Source: an uncultured Collinsella sp.
GTDB lineage: Bacteria; Actinomycetota; Coriobacteriia; Coriobacteriales; Coriobacteriaceae
NCBI GenBank assembly: GCA_900555555.1
Contig: USLK01000002.1
Span: forward strand, 22,577 to 86,576
Length of the DNA stretch: 64,000 bases
Direction: 5' to 3'
Shown: positions 7,908 to 18,873 of the stretch, piece after piece
Layout: every line of letters begins with the position of its first letter
Position numbering within the stretch: the stretch's first letter is position 1
Notes under the pieces: model-generated
Told to the model about the DNA's origin: nothing
What the model saw: the letters and a program-made list of their open reading frames with translations, nothing else
Databases searched by the model: none
Position numbers and translations under genes: made by a program

Positions 7908-10688
7908 ATGGCTGATATCGATACTGCCGAGCACCGTCGTGTCGTTGCCGTTATCGACGGCAACTCGCTCATGCACCGGGCGTTCCACGCCGTCCCGCCT
8001 ACCATGACGGCGCCGGATGGCCGTCCCACCAACGCCATCTTCGGCTTCCTCAACATGTTCCTCAAGATGGTGGACGAGTTCCATCCCGATGGCGTGATCT
8101 GCGCTTTCGACAAGGGCCGCCCGCGCGTGCGCATGGAGATGCTCCCGCAATACAAGGCGCAGCGTCCGCCCATGGACCCCAACCTGCACGACCAGTTCCC
8201 CATGATCAAGGAGCTGCTCGGCGCCCTGTCCGTGCCGATCGTGGAGGCCGAGGGCTGGGAGGGTGACGATATCCTGGGTACCGTGGCGCGCCTGGGCGAG
8301 GCCGCCGGCTGCGACATGTACCTCATCACCGGTGACCGCGACATGTACCAACTGGTCACCGAGCACGTCCACGTGGTCTCCACCCGCAAGGGCCTGTCCG
8401 ACATCGCCATCATGACGCCCGAGAGCGTGGACGACCTGTATCACGGCATCACGCCCGAGCTCGTGCCGGATTTTTACGGCCTCAAGGGAGACAGCTCCGA
8501 CAACATCCCCGGCGTTCCGGGCATCGGTCCCAAAAAGGCCAGCGCGCTCATCGCCCAGTACGGCAATCTGGACGAGGTCATCGCGCATGCCGACGAGGTG
8601 AAGGGCAAGATGGGTGAGAACCTACGCGCGCACATCGATGACGCGCTGCTCTCGCGCAAGATCGCCACGATCATGACGAACGCCCCGGTGGAGGTGGATG
8701 TGGCTGCGGTCGAGTTCCCCGCGTTCGATGCCGCCGCCGTCAACGAGGCGCTGGGCGGCCTGGGCATCACCGCCATGCAGGGCCGCTTCCTGGCGCTCCT
8801 GTCCGGCGAGGCCGCCGAGGCGCCCGTGCCCGCTGCGCTGGAGATCCCCGAGCCGCTGGTCGCCCGCATCGACGATCCCGCGGGCCTGCAGGAGGGCCTC
8901 GACGAGCTGTTCCGCGCCGTGGGCGCGTGTGAGTGGCTGGGTGTGGAATTCGATGACGATAAGGATGCGGGCGCGCTGTTCGGCATGAGCCGCACGCTGT
9001 GGGTGGCGACCCCTGAGCGCCTGCTGGCGTTCGAGGAGCCTTCAGCGGGTGCGGCGCTCGAGGATGATCCCGCCGGGCAGTTGGGCGTCGATCCGTCTGT
9101 CGGCCTGGTGGCGGGCGTGCTGCAGCACCTGTTCCGCCACGGACGGGTCGCCTCCCGCGATTCCAAGGCGCTCATGCATGTTTTGCTGCCGGTCGATTCG
9201 AGCACCGAGGCCGTCGATGATCTTTCCGCCCTGGACCCCTCGCGCGTGTTCGACACCGTGGTGGCCGCCTATCTGCTGGATTCCTCGCGTTCGGAGTTCC
9301 CCGATGCGTATCTGGCGGAAACCTACGCAGGCATGACGGTGCCTGTGGCGGCAGGGGAGAAGGATGCCCCCGCCGGCGCCCCGCATGTCGCCGCCCGCGC
9401 GGCCATGCTCGATCTGGCCGTGCTCGAGGCGCTTGCCGGCCGCCTGGAGGCCGAACAGGCAACCGCCGTGTTCGCCCAGATCGAGATGCCGCTCGTGCCT
9501 GTGCTCGCCAAGATGGAGCGCGCCGGTATGCTGGTCGATCCCGATCGCCTGGCGGCACTCTCCGCGGATCTTTCAGACAAGATCGATGCCTTGGCGCGTC
9601 GCATTCGAGAGCTTGCCGGCGACGAGACTTTCAACATTTCCAGCCCCATGCAGCTTTCCCACATCCTGTTCGATGTGATGGGGCTGCCCACCAAGGGCCT
9701 CAAGAAGACCAAGACCGGGTATTACTCCACCAACGCCAAGGTCCTTGACGAGTTGGCGCGCGACAACGAGTTCGTGCGCCTGGTTTTGGAATATCGCGAG
9801 AAGACCAAGATCAAGTCGACGTACCTGGACACGCTCGGTCCGCTGCGCCAGGGCGACGGGCGCGTGCACACCACGTACAACCAGACGATCACCGTCACCG
9901 GCCGCCTCTCGAGCTCCAATCCCAACCTGCAGAACATCCCCACGCGCTCGGAGCTCGGCCATACGGTGAAGACGGCTTTTTCCGCCGGCGAGGGGTCGGT
10001 GTTCGTGGCGATCGACTATTCGCAGATCGAGCTGCGGCTCCTGGCCCATCTGTCGGGTGACGAGCATCTGGTGCGCGCGTTCAACGAGGGCGAGGATTTC
10101 CATGCCGAGACCGCCGCGCGCGTGTTCGGCGTGCCGGTCGACGAGGTGACGCCCGAGCTGCGCAGCCGCGCCAAGGCGGTGAACTTCGGTATCGTGTACG
10201 GGCAGCAGGCCTACGGCCTCTCGCAGTCGCTCGGTATCCCCATGGCCGAGGCGCGCGATATGATCGATCGCTACTTCGAGGCCTATCCGGGCGTGCGTAC
10301 GTATCTGGACAACACCGTCGAGTTTGCCAAGCGGACCGGGTACGCGGTGACCATGTACGGGCGCCGGCGCCCCATCCCCGAACTCAGGCAGCGCATGCCC
10401 GCCATGCGCGCATTCGGTGAGCGCACGGCCATGAACCATCCCATGCAGGGCAGCGCCGCCGACATCATCAAGATCGCCATGGTGCAGGTGGAGGCGCGTC
10501 TGCGTGCCGAGGGGTTCCGTGCCAAGATGGTGCTGCAGGTGCACGACGAGCTGGACTTTGACTGTCCGGTCGAGGAACTCGAGTCCCTGTGCGCGATGGT
10601 GCGCGACGTGATGGAGCACGTGGTGGAGCTCAAGGTGCCGCTGATCGCCGAGGCGAGCTGGGGCGAGACCTGGGCCGAGGCTAAATAG
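7908..10688 (+). CDS. polA: DNA polymerase I
   Basis: 5'-3' exonuclease motifs (IDGNSLMHRAF, GDSSDNIPGVPGIGPK); polymerase motifs TGRLSSSNPNLQNIP, DYSQIELR, KAVNFGIVYG, QVHDEL. Confidence 0.98.
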   Translation: MADIDTAEHRRVVAVIDGNSLMHRAFHAVPPTMTAPDGRPTNAIFGFLNMFLKMVDEFHPDGVICAFDKGRPRVRMEMLPQYKAQRPPMDPNLHDQFPMIKELLGALSVPIVEAEGWEGDDILGTVARLGEAAGCDMYLITGDRDMYQLVTEHVHVVSTRKGLSDIAIMTPESVDDLYHGITPELVPDFYGLKGDSSDNIPGVPGIGPKKASALIAQYGNLDEVIAHADEVKGKMGENLRAHIDDALLSRKIATIMTNAPVEVDVAAVEFPAFDAAAVNEALGGLGITAMQGRFLALLSGEAAEAPVPAALEIPEPLVARIDDPAGLQEGLDELFRAVGACEWLGVEFDDDKDAGALFGMSRTLWVATPERLLAFEEPSAGAALEDDPAGQLGVDPSVGLVAGVLQHLFRHGRVASRDSKALMHVLLPVDSSTEAVDDLSALDPSRVFDTVVAAYLLDSSRSEFPDAYLAETYAGMTVPVAAGEKDAPAGAPHVAARAAMLDLAVLEALAGRLEAEQATAVFAQIEMPLVPVLAKMERAGMLVDPDRLAALSADLSDKIDALARRIRELAGDETFNISSPMQLSHILFDVMGLPTKGLKKTKTGYYSTNAKVLDELARDNEFVRLVLEYREKTKIKSTYLDTLGPLRQGDGRVHTTYNQTITVTGRLSSSNPNLQNIPTRSELGHTVKTAFSAGEGSVFVAIDYSQIELRLLAHLSGDEHLVRAFNEGEDFHAETAARVFGVPVDEVTPELRSRAKAVNFGIVYGQQAYGLSQSLGIPMAEARDMIDRYFEAYPGVRTYLDNTVEFAKRTGYAVTMYGRRRPIPELRQRMPAMRAFGERTAMNHPMQGSAADIIKIAMVQVEARLRAEGFRAKMVLQVHDELDFDCPVEELESLCAMVRDVMEHVVELKVPLIAEASWGETWAEAK

Positions 10689-10721
10689 CAGAACGCGGCC
10701 GCAGCGGATCTGCACGGTGAC

Positions 10722-10764
10722 AAAAGGAGGCGAAGCCCCATAAGGGGCTTCGCCTCCTCCGTTT
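10722..10764. terminator. Bidirectional terminator between convergent genes
   Basis: aaaaggaggcgaagcccc-ataa-ggggcttcgcctcct. Confidence 0.75.
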
Positions 10765-10766
10765 GG

Positions 10767-11609
10767 CTATGTAAAGGGATGCCCCTTCGCCTCGAGTATG
10801 GCATCGATGAGCACCGCGACCCCGTGATCGTTGTTGCCGGGTATACGGAATCGCGCGTGTTCGTCCATGTGGGGGCCGGCGTTGTCCACCACAAAGCTGT
10901 GGCCGGCGAATTCGAGCATGGAGATGTCGTTGTACGTGTCGCCGACCGCCGCGACGTTGCTCGCCTCGATTCCAACATGACGACACAGGTGGGCAAGGCC
11001 CGATCCCTTGTCGACGCCGGCGGCCATGAAGTCCACCCAGTTCTCGCCCGCGCATACTACCGAGAGCGTGTCGCCGAAGCGGTCCCGGAACGTCTGCTCA
11101 TATGCCTGCCTGCTGTTGCCGTTTGGGAGGTACAGGGATACCTTGTTGGCCTCGATGTCGATGCCCTCGAACGATGGGACGCATGAAACGGTTGCGTAGA
11201 ACCGGCTGACTTCATCTGCATACGCCTGGTCGCGCTGGGGGATGAAGGTGTCGCCATACGCGCAGAGCACGGGTACGCAATTGGGGTACGCCATGCCTGC
11301 GGCCAAGACTTCCCGGTACACCGCGACATCGATGCGGGAGCGGGCGATGGTGGAGCCGGCGTAGCGAACGTCGCCGCCGTTGTCCGAGCACAGGGCGATG
11401 CGGTCGATATGCTCGGGAAACATGGTGGCGAGCTTGGGTGCGGGCCTGCCGCTGGCGGGACAGAACAGGACCCCTGCATCGGCAAGGGCCTCGATGCGCT
11501 CGGGCATGCACTTGGGCTGTCTTCCCGCATCGTCGAGCAACGTGCAATCCATGTCGCAGGCGAGCAGTTCAATCGATGCCAAGTCGCAATCGTTCCGATA
11601 GCTTTGCAT
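10767..11609 (-). CDS. Cof-type HAD-IIB hydrolase
   Basis: DMDCTLL, ASGR, VDKGSGL, GDTYNDISML. Confidence 0.92.
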   Translation of the reverse strand: MQSYRNDCDLASIELLACDMDCTLLDDAGRQPKCMPERIEALADAGVLFCPASGRPAPKLATMFPEHIDRIALCSDNGGDVRYAGSTIARSRIDVAVYREVLAAGMAYPNCVPVLCAYGDTFIPQRDQAYADEVSRFYATVSCVPSFEGIDIEANKVSLYLPNGNSRQAYEQTFRDRFGDTLSVVCAGENWVDFMAAGVDKGSGLAHLCRHVGIEASNVAAVGDTYNDISMLEFAGHSFVVDNAGPHMDEHARFRIPGNNDHGVAVLIDAILEAKGHPFT

Positions 11610-12168
11610 TCCGTCTTCCCCTGTCTGAACAAACATCGATAAAGAAACAATCGAACATAGGCCATTGTAGTCGACCTCCTCCGCGCGCCGCCCGAGGGCC
11701 ATAGGGATGCGAAACAAAACCGTAACAATCAAAGTTAATTTGGCGCGCTCTAGCGATATAGGATATGATGCCCCACAACGTAAACGTGCCGTTGGGCGAA
11801 CATACCCAGCCGTTTACGGATTGTTGATTGCATTGGATGAGAGGAATCGGATCTCGTGGTACAGGCGCTGGCTACATTTGGGGACATGGCCGCGGCCGTA
11901 GTCTCTCGCCAGATCGCTCTCGATACCGCGCGCCGACGCCAGCGTGCAATCTCCCGACGACGATAACTCGTTGTCTCTTGTTTGCTGCCGCGCATGCGTG
12001 CAGCCGGAGTCCAACTGAGTTGAGCTTGTCGGGTCGCATTCTAGGCACAACCCTATAGCTTTTCGCACCTTTCGGTATCCTGCGCATATCCGGAACCGCG
12101 CGGCGCCGTATCGTGACTGTGTCAGTTGGCTCGCCCTTACGAACGATTCGAGTGGTTAGGACGAACCT

Positions 12169-13404
12169 ATGAGCAAGCAAAAAGTGGTACTCGCATATTC
12201 CGGTGGGCTGGATACCTCGGTCTGCATCAAATGGCTGCAGGAGGAGAAGGGCCTCGATGTGGTGGCGGTGCTGGGCAACGTGGGCCAGGAGCACGACGGA
12301 TTGGAAAAGAAGGTCGCAAAGGCCTATGCGCTGGGTTGCGTGGCGGTCGAATGCGCGGATATGCGCGACGAGTTCGCACGGGATTTCGTGGCGCCCGCCA
12401 TTGCCGCCAACGCCATGTACGAGAACAAGTACCCGCTGCTTTCGGCCCTGTCGCGTCCGTTGATCTCCAAGCATCTGGTGGAGGCCGCGCATAAGCACGG
12501 TTGCGCCTTCGTTGCACATGGGTGCACGGGCAAGGGCAATGACCAGGTGCGATTTGAAAACGCGATCATGGCGCTCGATCCCGCGCTCAAGGTGATCGCT
12601 CCGGTTCGCGAGTGGGACCTGGGACAGCGTCCGAGCGAGATCGCCTATGCAAAGGACCATGGTATCGAGCTGACCACCTCCGCATCCGATTCGCTGTATT
12701 CGGTCGATGACAACCTGTGGGGCCGCGCGATCGAGTGCGGGGAGCTCGAGGACCCTTGGACCGAGGCGCCCGCCGACACGTGGACCATGACGGTCGATCC
12801 GTTCCTCGCCCCCGATACGCCGACGTATGTGACCGTGGGCTTTGAGGCCGGCGTGCCGGTGACCCTCGATGGGGAGGCGTGCTCGTTGGCGAACCTGGTG
12901 GTTAAACTCAACGGCATCGCAGGCTCGAATGGGTACGGCCGTATCGATATGGTCGAGAACCGCTATGTTGGGCTCAAGAGCCGCGAATGCTACGAGGTGC
13001 CCGGTGGCCTTGCGCTCATCGCCGCGCACCGGGCGCTGGAGGACCTGGTCCTCGAGCGCGAGGTGCTGCACCATAAGCTGGCGCTGGAGCAGATGTGGGC
13101 CGATGCTGTATACGAGGGCAAATGGTACTCTCCGTGGAAAGGCGCCCTCGATGCCCTGTTTGCCGCCACGCAGGAGGCGGTGACGGGCGATGTGCGCCTG
13201 AAGTTCTATAAGGGATCCTGTACGGTTGTGGGTCGCAAGAGCCCCTACAGCCTGTACGACTACGGCTTGGCTACGTATAACGAGGACCAGACGTTCAACG
13301 AGGGCTCTGCCCCCGGATTCATCGAGATCCAGGGCCTGTCGATCAAGACGTGGGCTGCCAAGCGCGCGGCCGCCGCTCCGCACGCATGGAAGGGGGTCGC
13401 ATAG
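12169..13404 (+). CDS. argG: Argininosuccinate synthase
   Basis: VVLAYSGGLDTS, AHGCTGKGNDQVRF, SVDDNLWGR. Confidence 0.98.
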   Translation: MSKQKVVLAYSGGLDTSVCIKWLQEEKGLDVVAVLGNVGQEHDGLEKKVAKAYALGCVAVECADMRDEFARDFVAPAIAANAMYENKYPLLSALSRPLISKHLVEAAHKHGCAFVAHGCTGKGNDQVRFENAIMALDPALKVIAPVREWDLGQRPSEIAYAKDHGIELTTSASDSLYSVDDNLWGRAIECGELEDPWTEAPADTWTMTVDPFLAPDTPTYVTVGFEAGVPVTLDGEACSLANLVVKLNGIAGSNGYGRIDMVENRYVGLKSRECYEVPGGLALIAAHRALEDLVLEREVLHHKLALEQMWADAVYEGKWYSPWKGALDALFAATQEAVTGDVRLKFYKGSCTVVGRKSPYSLYDYGLATYNEDQTFNEGSAPGFIEIQGLSIKTWAAKRAAAAPHAWKGVA

Positions 13405-13405
13405 C

Positions 13406-14854
13406 ATGGCGCTTTGGGGAGGACGGTTCACCGGGTCGGTTTCACATACGGCGCAGCTGTTCGGCGCCTCGCTGCCCGTCGATAGCGAGCTGTTTCGGCA
13501 GGATATCGCGGCGTCTAAGGCCCATGCCGAGATGCTGGCGCATCAGGGGATAATCTCGAATGCCGATGCGGCGCAGATCGTCGAGGGCCTCGATGCGATC
13601 GGTAGGGATATCGAGGCGGGCTCGTTCGAGTTCGATATAAACGACGAGGACATTCACATGGCGGTTGAAGCCGAGCTCACGCGCAGGATAGGCGAGGCGG
13701 GTAAGCGTCTGCATACGGCCCGTTCGCGCAACGATCAGGTTGCCACCGATACGCATCTGGCGGCCAAGTCGCTCACGCGCTCCCTGCTCGAGGCCAATCT
13801 GGAGCTCCGCCGCGCCCTGGTTCAGGCCGCTCGCGATCACGGAGATGCCATGCTTCCGGGCTATACGCATCTGCAGCATGCGCAGCCGGTGCTGCTCGCC
13901 CATCACCTGCTTGCGTATTATTGGATGTTCGCGCGTGATTTCGGCCGTATATATGCGGCGTTTCAGGCGGCGGACGCATCGCCTCTCGGTGCTGCGGCAC
14001 TTGCGGGAACGAGCTATCCCATCGACCGCCAGATGACCGCCCGTTTGCTGGGGTTCGGCTCGGTGTACCCCAACTCGCTGGATGCCGTGTCCGACCGCGA
14101 TTATCTGCTCGACCTGCACTACGCTTGCAGCACGTCCGCCATGCACCTGTCGCGCCTTGCCGAGGAGATCATCTTGTGGTCCAGCTCCGAGTTTGGGTTC
14201 GTCGCGCTTTCCGACCGGTATTCAACCGGGTCTTCGATTATGCCGCAGAAGAAGAACCCCGATTTTGCCGAGCTGATCCGCGGTAAGTCCGGTCGGGTGC
14301 TCGGCAATTTGGTACAGCTGCTGACCACCATGAAGGGCTTGCCCCTGGCATACAACAAAGATCTTCAGGAGGACAAGGAGGGCATGCTCGACAGTGCCCA
14401 TACGCTGCTGCAGGCCATGGAGGTCATGGGCGGGTTGATCTCCACCATGAAGGTGAACGGCGATGCCATGCGAGGGGCTTGTGAGAAGGGGTTCCTTGCC
14501 GCCACCGATGTCGCGGACTACCTTGCCAAGCGCGGCCTTCCCTTCAGGGAGGCGCACGCGATCGTGGGCAACCTGGTCCTTGTATGCGAGCAGAGGGGCT
14601 GCGAACTGGGAGATTTACCGCTGTCGGTATACCGCGAGGCTAGCGAGCTGTTCGAGCCCGATATCTTGCGCACGGTGGATCTCGATGCCGTGGTGGATGC
14701 CCGCTCGTCCGAGGGCGGTACCGCCCCCGCGGCCCTTACGGCTCAATTTAAGCTGGTTCGCACATCGTTTGCCACCGATGAGGCGACTTTGGCGGGCATA
14801 CCCGTGCAGCTTGCGATTGGACGGCAGTATGAAACGTTTCAAAGTGAGTCATAA
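13406..14854 (+). CDS. argH: Argininosuccinate lyase
   Basis: LWGGRF, HTARSRNDQ, TGSSIMPQKKNPD. Confidence 0.98.
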   Translation: MALWGGRFTGSVSHTAQLFGASLPVDSELFRQDIAASKAHAEMLAHQGIISNADAAQIVEGLDAIGRDIEAGSFEFDINDEDIHMAVEAELTRRIGEAGKRLHTARSRNDQVATDTHLAAKSLTRSLLEANLELRRALVQAARDHGDAMLPGYTHLQHAQPVLLAHHLLAYYWMFARDFGRIYAAFQAADASPLGAAALAGTSYPIDRQMTARLLGFGSVYPNSLDAVSDRDYLLDLHYACSTSAMHLSRLAEEIILWSSSEFGFVALSDRYSTGSSIMPQKKNPDFAELIRGKSGRVLGNLVQLLTTMKGLPLAYNKDLQEDKEGMLDSAHTLLQAMEVMGGLISTMKVNGDAMRGACEKGFLAATDVADYLAKRGLPFREAHAIVGNLVLVCEQRGCELGDLPLSVYREASELFEPDILRTVDLDAVVDARSSEGGTAPAALTAQFKLVRTSFATDEATLAGIPVQLAIGRQYETFQSES

Positions 14855-15024
14855 GGCGCAGAAACGTGAACATACCAAGGAAATACTACAAATGAAGCGT
14901 TCCAATCATACCGTTTAGCGGCTTGCCGACGAAGGTTGATACCCCATCGAGTACTATGGTCGAAGCACATGAGGGGCGGTCACATTCCAACGTGCCCGAT
15001 GAGCTCCCGTTGAAAGGGGATACC

Positions 15025-15432
15025 ATGGCAAGCTTTGAGAAGACGTTCATCATGATCAAGCCCGATGCCGTTCGCGACCGCAAGATCGGTCAGATCGTCG
15101 ACCGCATCGAGCGCAGCGGTCTTACCATCGAGCGTATGGAGATGGTTACTCTTGATGAGCCGCTGGTGGAGAAGCATTACGCCCATCTCGCCGATAAGCC
15201 GTTCTTCTCGAACATCGTTGCGTTTATGACGAGCGGTCCCGTGGTGAAGATGGTCGTCTCCGGTATGGGTGCGGTCGCCAAGATGCGTAAGCTCATGGGC
15301 GCCACCGATCCGCAGGATGCACTCCCCGGTACCATCCGCGGTGATTTCGCAACCGATGTGAACGCAAACGTCATCCACGGTTCCGACTCCCTCGAGAACG
15401 CCGCCATCGAGATCGAGCGATTCTTCGGTTAG
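15025..15432 (+). CDS. ndk: Nucleoside diphosphate kinase
   Basis: EKTFIMIKPDAV, PGTIRGDFA, NVIHGSDS. Confidence 0.98.
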   Translation: MASFEKTFIMIKPDAVRDRKIGQIVDRIERSGLTIERMEMVTLDEPLVEKHYAHLADKPFFSNIVAFMTSGPVVKMVVSGMGAVAKMRKLMGATDPQDALPGTIRGDFATDVNANVIHGSDSLENAAIEIERFFG

Positions 15433-15571
15433 CCCATACCGCGCGCCCTCGGGCGCGACTTCCATAGACACGGCTGACGGGCCCGTCTCTTCTTGCGAAG
15501 GGGCGGGCCCGTTGGCATTGCGGCCGTTTGACCCGTACAATAAGGTTGCAAGCGATTTTTGGAGGTTGACG

Positions 15572-16951
15572 GTGGGTAACAATACAGCCGAACTGTTGCA
15601 GGGGGAGACCCGAGACCAGGTGCTATGCTCGTTGCTCAACGACGAGCTGATCTGCGCGTTGGGATGCACGGAGCCCATCGCAGTAGCCTATGCGTCGGCG
15701 TTGGCGCGCCGGGTGCTGGGTGTTGAACCCGAGCGTCTCGAGGTCGCATGTTCGGGCAATATCATCAAGAACGTCAAAAGCGTGACGGTTCCCAATTCCG
15801 GCGGCATGCGCGGCGTCGAGGCCGCTGCCATTCTGGGCGCCGTGGGGGGAAATGCCGACGGTGCGCTCGAGGTGCTGCAAGACGTTGATGATGCCCAGCG
15901 TGCGCGTACCCAAGAGCTCCTCAAGCGGGATTCGTACTGCGACGTCACGCTTATCGAAAACGTTCCCAACCTGTATATCGAGATTCGCGCGCTGGCTGGC
16001 GGGCATGTTGCCGAGGTCGCCATCTCCGAGCATCACACCAATGTCGTGCGTTGCACCCTCGATGGGATTCCAGCCGACCGGGCCTGCCCGGCCGCCCGCC
16101 GTGACGGCGGCGCCACGGCTTGTTCTGGGGAGTGCGCCCATACGGCCCAGGCTCCCGTGGTGTCGCAGGAATCCGCCCATGTGGAGGGCCTTACGCTGAG
16201 TACGATCCTGGCGTTTGTAAAGCATGGCAACATCGATGCTGCGCGCTCGGCACTCGAGCGGCAAATCAACAACAATACGCGCATTTCGCAGGCGGGGCTC
16301 GATGAGCCTTGGGGCGCCGAGGTCGGTCGAACGCTGCTTGCAACCCGCGGCGATGATCTGCCGTGCGTGGCGCGGGCACGGGCGGCCGCCGGTTCCGATG
16401 CGCGCATGAGCGGTTGCGCGCTGCCGGTGGTGATCGTGTGCGGCTCTGGTAACCAGGGTATCACCACCTGCCTTCCGGTGGTCACCTATGCTCGTGAGCT
16501 TGGTATTGAGGGCGATCATTTGCTGCGAGCGTTGGCGCTGTCCGACCTGATCGCCATCCACACCAAGAGCTACATCGGGGCGCTTTCGGCGTTCTGCGGC
16601 GTGGTGTGCGCGGCGTGCGGTGCCGGCGCGGCCATTACGTGGATGCGTGGGGGCACCGATGACCAGATCGGTGCAACGATCGTGAACACGTTGGGAAATG
16701 TGGGCGGCATCGTGTGCGACGGGGCCAAGGCGAGCTGCGCGGCAAAGATTTCCGCTGCGGTGGATGCGGCGATCCTGGCAAGCGATATGGCTCTTGCGGG
16801 CCGCGGGTTCCGTGCGGGTGAGGGCCTGGTCAAGGACACCGTTGAGCAAACCATCGCATCTATGGGCTACGTGGGCCGTGTGGGCATGAAGCCCACCGAC
16901 GTCGAGATCTTGAACATCATGATCGGCAAGACCAACGTAGAGGGATGCTAG
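15572..16951 (+). CDS. L-cysteine desulfidase / serine dehydratase alpha family protein (CyuA/YhaM-like)
   Basis: ALGCTEP, AGSDARMSG, GSGNQG, LSAFCG, CDGAKASCA. Confidence 0.9.
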   Translation: MGNNTAELLQGETRDQVLCSLLNDELICALGCTEPIAVAYASALARRVLGVEPERLEVACSGNIIKNVKSVTVPNSGGMRGVEAAAILGAVGGNADGALEVLQDVDDAQRARTQELLKRDSYCDVTLIENVPNLYIEIRALAGGHVAEVAISEHHTNVVRCTLDGIPADRACPAARRDGGATACSGECAHTAQAPVVSQESAHVEGLTLSTILAFVKHGNIDAARSALERQINNNTRISQAGLDEPWGAEVGRTLLATRGDDLPCVARARAAAGSDARMSGCALPVVIVCGSGNQGITTCLPVVTYARELGIEGDHLLRALALSDLIAIHTKSYIGALSAFCGVVCAACGAGAAITWMRGGTDDQIGATIVNTLGNVGGIVCDGAKASCAAKISAAVDAAILASDMALAGRGFRAGEGLVKDTVEQTIASMGYVGRVGMKPTDVEILNIMIGKTNVEGC

Positions 16952-17013
16952 CCGGGGTCAAACATACGTGCGCTCCGCGTGCAAAGCGGCCGGCAGCGTA
17001 TATGGCGATAACC

Positions 17014-17763
17014 CTATAGGCTGCCCTGGCGTGCGTAGAAGTTATCTACGATGCGATCGAAATCGTTGGCGAAGCGCGACATGGGGCCGTTCCAGGTTGC
17101 TCGGGGTTTTGAGCCCACGCCAACATACGCGGTCTGCAGACCCATGTCGGGGAGCGGGAAATCTCGTTTGGGATCGTTGCCAACCATGAGGACCTCATGC
17201 GGCGCCAGCCCCATTTTGTCGAGTGATTCACGATAGTACTGTGCACAGGGTTTGCAGCGCGTCGAGTTTTCCATGGTCGTAACGAGCTCGAACGGCACGT
17301 CGAGGAGGTTGCCCCACTTCATGCGACATTCGATGCAGGTACGTGAGAAGCTCGGGTTGGTGAGCAGCGCGATGCGCAGGCCGTGATCAAGGACGACGTC
17401 GATCGCATCGTGAGCCCCCTCGCGCGCATGCGCGGCAACGATCCCATCGTTTTTCCCGGGCAACACGGTGCGCTCGTAGCATTCAAGGACATCGGCAATG
17501 ACGGGGTCGGAGAGGGGTATGCCGCAGCGGCCCTCAAGGGAGGAGTCGAAGAACTCCCGGTTGGTGCGTCGGTCGTTGTCGGTCCGCTCTGCCGAGTTGA
17601 CCTCGAACATGGCACCGGTGAAGGCTGCGAACACCGATAGGGGGTTCTTGCGCCCAACCTGAGCGAGCAGGTTTGATTCGTCCATCGCCCACAGTGCGAT
17701 AAACGCGTTGAGATTGAGACTGAGCAGGGTATCGTCCATATCGAATACAACGGCTTTTAACAC
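17014..17763 (-). CDS. HAD-family hydrolase
   Basis: VVFDMDDTLL, TNP, KP, MVGND. Confidence 0.88.
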   Translation of the reverse strand: MLKAVVFDMDDTLLSLNLNAFIALWAMDESNLLAQVGRKNPLSVFAAFTGAMFEVNSAERTDNDRRTNREFFDSSLEGRCGIPLSDPVIADVLECYERTVLPGKNDGIVAAHAREGAHDAIDVVLDHGLRIALLTNPSFSRTCIECRMKWGNLLDVPFELVTTMENSTRCKPCAQYYRESLDKMGLAPHEVLMVGNDPKRDFPLPDMGLQTAYVGVGSKPRATWNGPMSRFANDFDRIVDNFYARQGSL

Positions 17764-17898
17764 GTGAGACACCTCGGCATAGAGTACGTGGCGGTTGGCA
17801 TACTCACCATTATCGCCTGTTTTCCCGGCGCGTTCCTCAACAACCTGCGGGCTTGATGCGCATCGGCAGAAAAAAGAAATAGAAGCTTCCTGCACAAG

Positions 17899-17912
17899 TT
17901 GAATCGATATAA
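17899..17912. promoter_or_regulatory. Putative LacI-family operator upstream of manA
   Basis: ttgaatcgatataa, near-identical to ttgaatcgatttaa at 19084; CG-centred palindrome. Confidence 0.65.
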
Positions 17913-17943
17913 TCTAAATGATTCAACTAGAAGGGAGTTTCAG

Positions 17944-18873
17944 ATGGGCTTGATCCATATCCAACCGGTGTACCACAACAAAATATGGGGCGGCAGGGAC
18001 CTTCAAACGCTGTTCGGCTTGCATATTCCCGACGGCAAGGTGGGGGAGTGCTGGGCGATCTCTGCGCACGAAAACGGTGACTGCATCGTGAGTGACGGGG
18101 CATATGCCGGCAAAACGCTATCGTGGCTGTGGGCCAACCATCGGGAGCTGTTCGGCGGGCTCGAGGGCGATCGCTTTCCACTTCTCATCAAGCTGCTGGA
18201 CGCATCGGACGATCTGTCGATCCAGGTGCATCCGGACGACGCGTATGCCGCGGAGCACGAGGGTGGATCCTTGGGTAAACGCGAATGCTGGTATGTGGTG
18301 AGTGCAAAGCCGGGCGCAACGATCATCGTTGGTCAGCGCGCCCATGATCGGGCGGAGTTCGAGCGCCTGGTGGCTCAGGGAGCATGGGATAAGCTGCTCA
18401 ACGAAATACCTGTCCATGCGGGCGATTTCTTCCAGATCGATCCGGGATGCGTGCATGCCATCAAGGGCGGCACGGTGCTGCTGGAAACGCAGCAGTCCAG
18501 CGATGTCACCTACCGCGTGTACGATTACGACCGACGTGACGATTCGGGAGAGTTGCGCGAGCTGCATCTCGAGAAGGCTCTCGATGTAATCGATTACGCC
18601 GCGCAGGCCCCACGTGACGGGGCGCTGGATGCTCCCGTCGCGAACCAGCCGGCCGTCTTGGAGCAAAACGAAAGCTACACGGTGGTTCGACTTATGGTGG
18701 AAGGTTCGTACACCCTCGAGCAGCCTCATCCGTTCATGTGCGTCTCGGTTGTCGAGGGACAGGGCATGATCGAGGGTGAGCCGTACCGTGCGGGCCAGCA
18801 TGTCCTGGTTCCCTTTGGAACGGACTCCGTGCGATTCGAGGGCAATCTGACGGCTGTCTGCAGTTGGGTGTAG
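17944..18873 (+). CDS. manA: Mannose-6-phosphate isomerase, class I
   Basis: KIWGG, FPLLIKLLDA..LSIQVHP, ECWY, ETQQSSDVTYRVYDY. Confidence 0.93.
   Translation: MGLIHIQPVYHNKIWGGRDLQTLFGLHIPDGKVGECWAISAHENGDCIVSDGAYAGKTLSWLWANHRELFGGLEGDRFPLLIKLLDASDDLSIQVHPDDAYAAEHEGGSLGKRECWYVVSAKPGATIIVGQRAHDRAEFERLVAQGAWDKLLNEIPVHAGDFFQIDPGCVHAIKGGTVLLETQQSSDVTYRVYDYDRRDDSGELRELHLEKALDVIDYAAQAPRDGALDAPVANQPAVLEQNESYTVVRLMVEGSYTLEQPHPFMCVSVVEGQGMIEGEPYRAGQHVLVPFGTDSVRFEGNLTAVCSWV

Noticed and set aside
11990..12168. T-box riboswitch or ARG boxes upstream of argG
   Set aside because: ggaaccgcg lacks the preceding GGTGG of a T-box, and no convincing ArgR palindrome was seen
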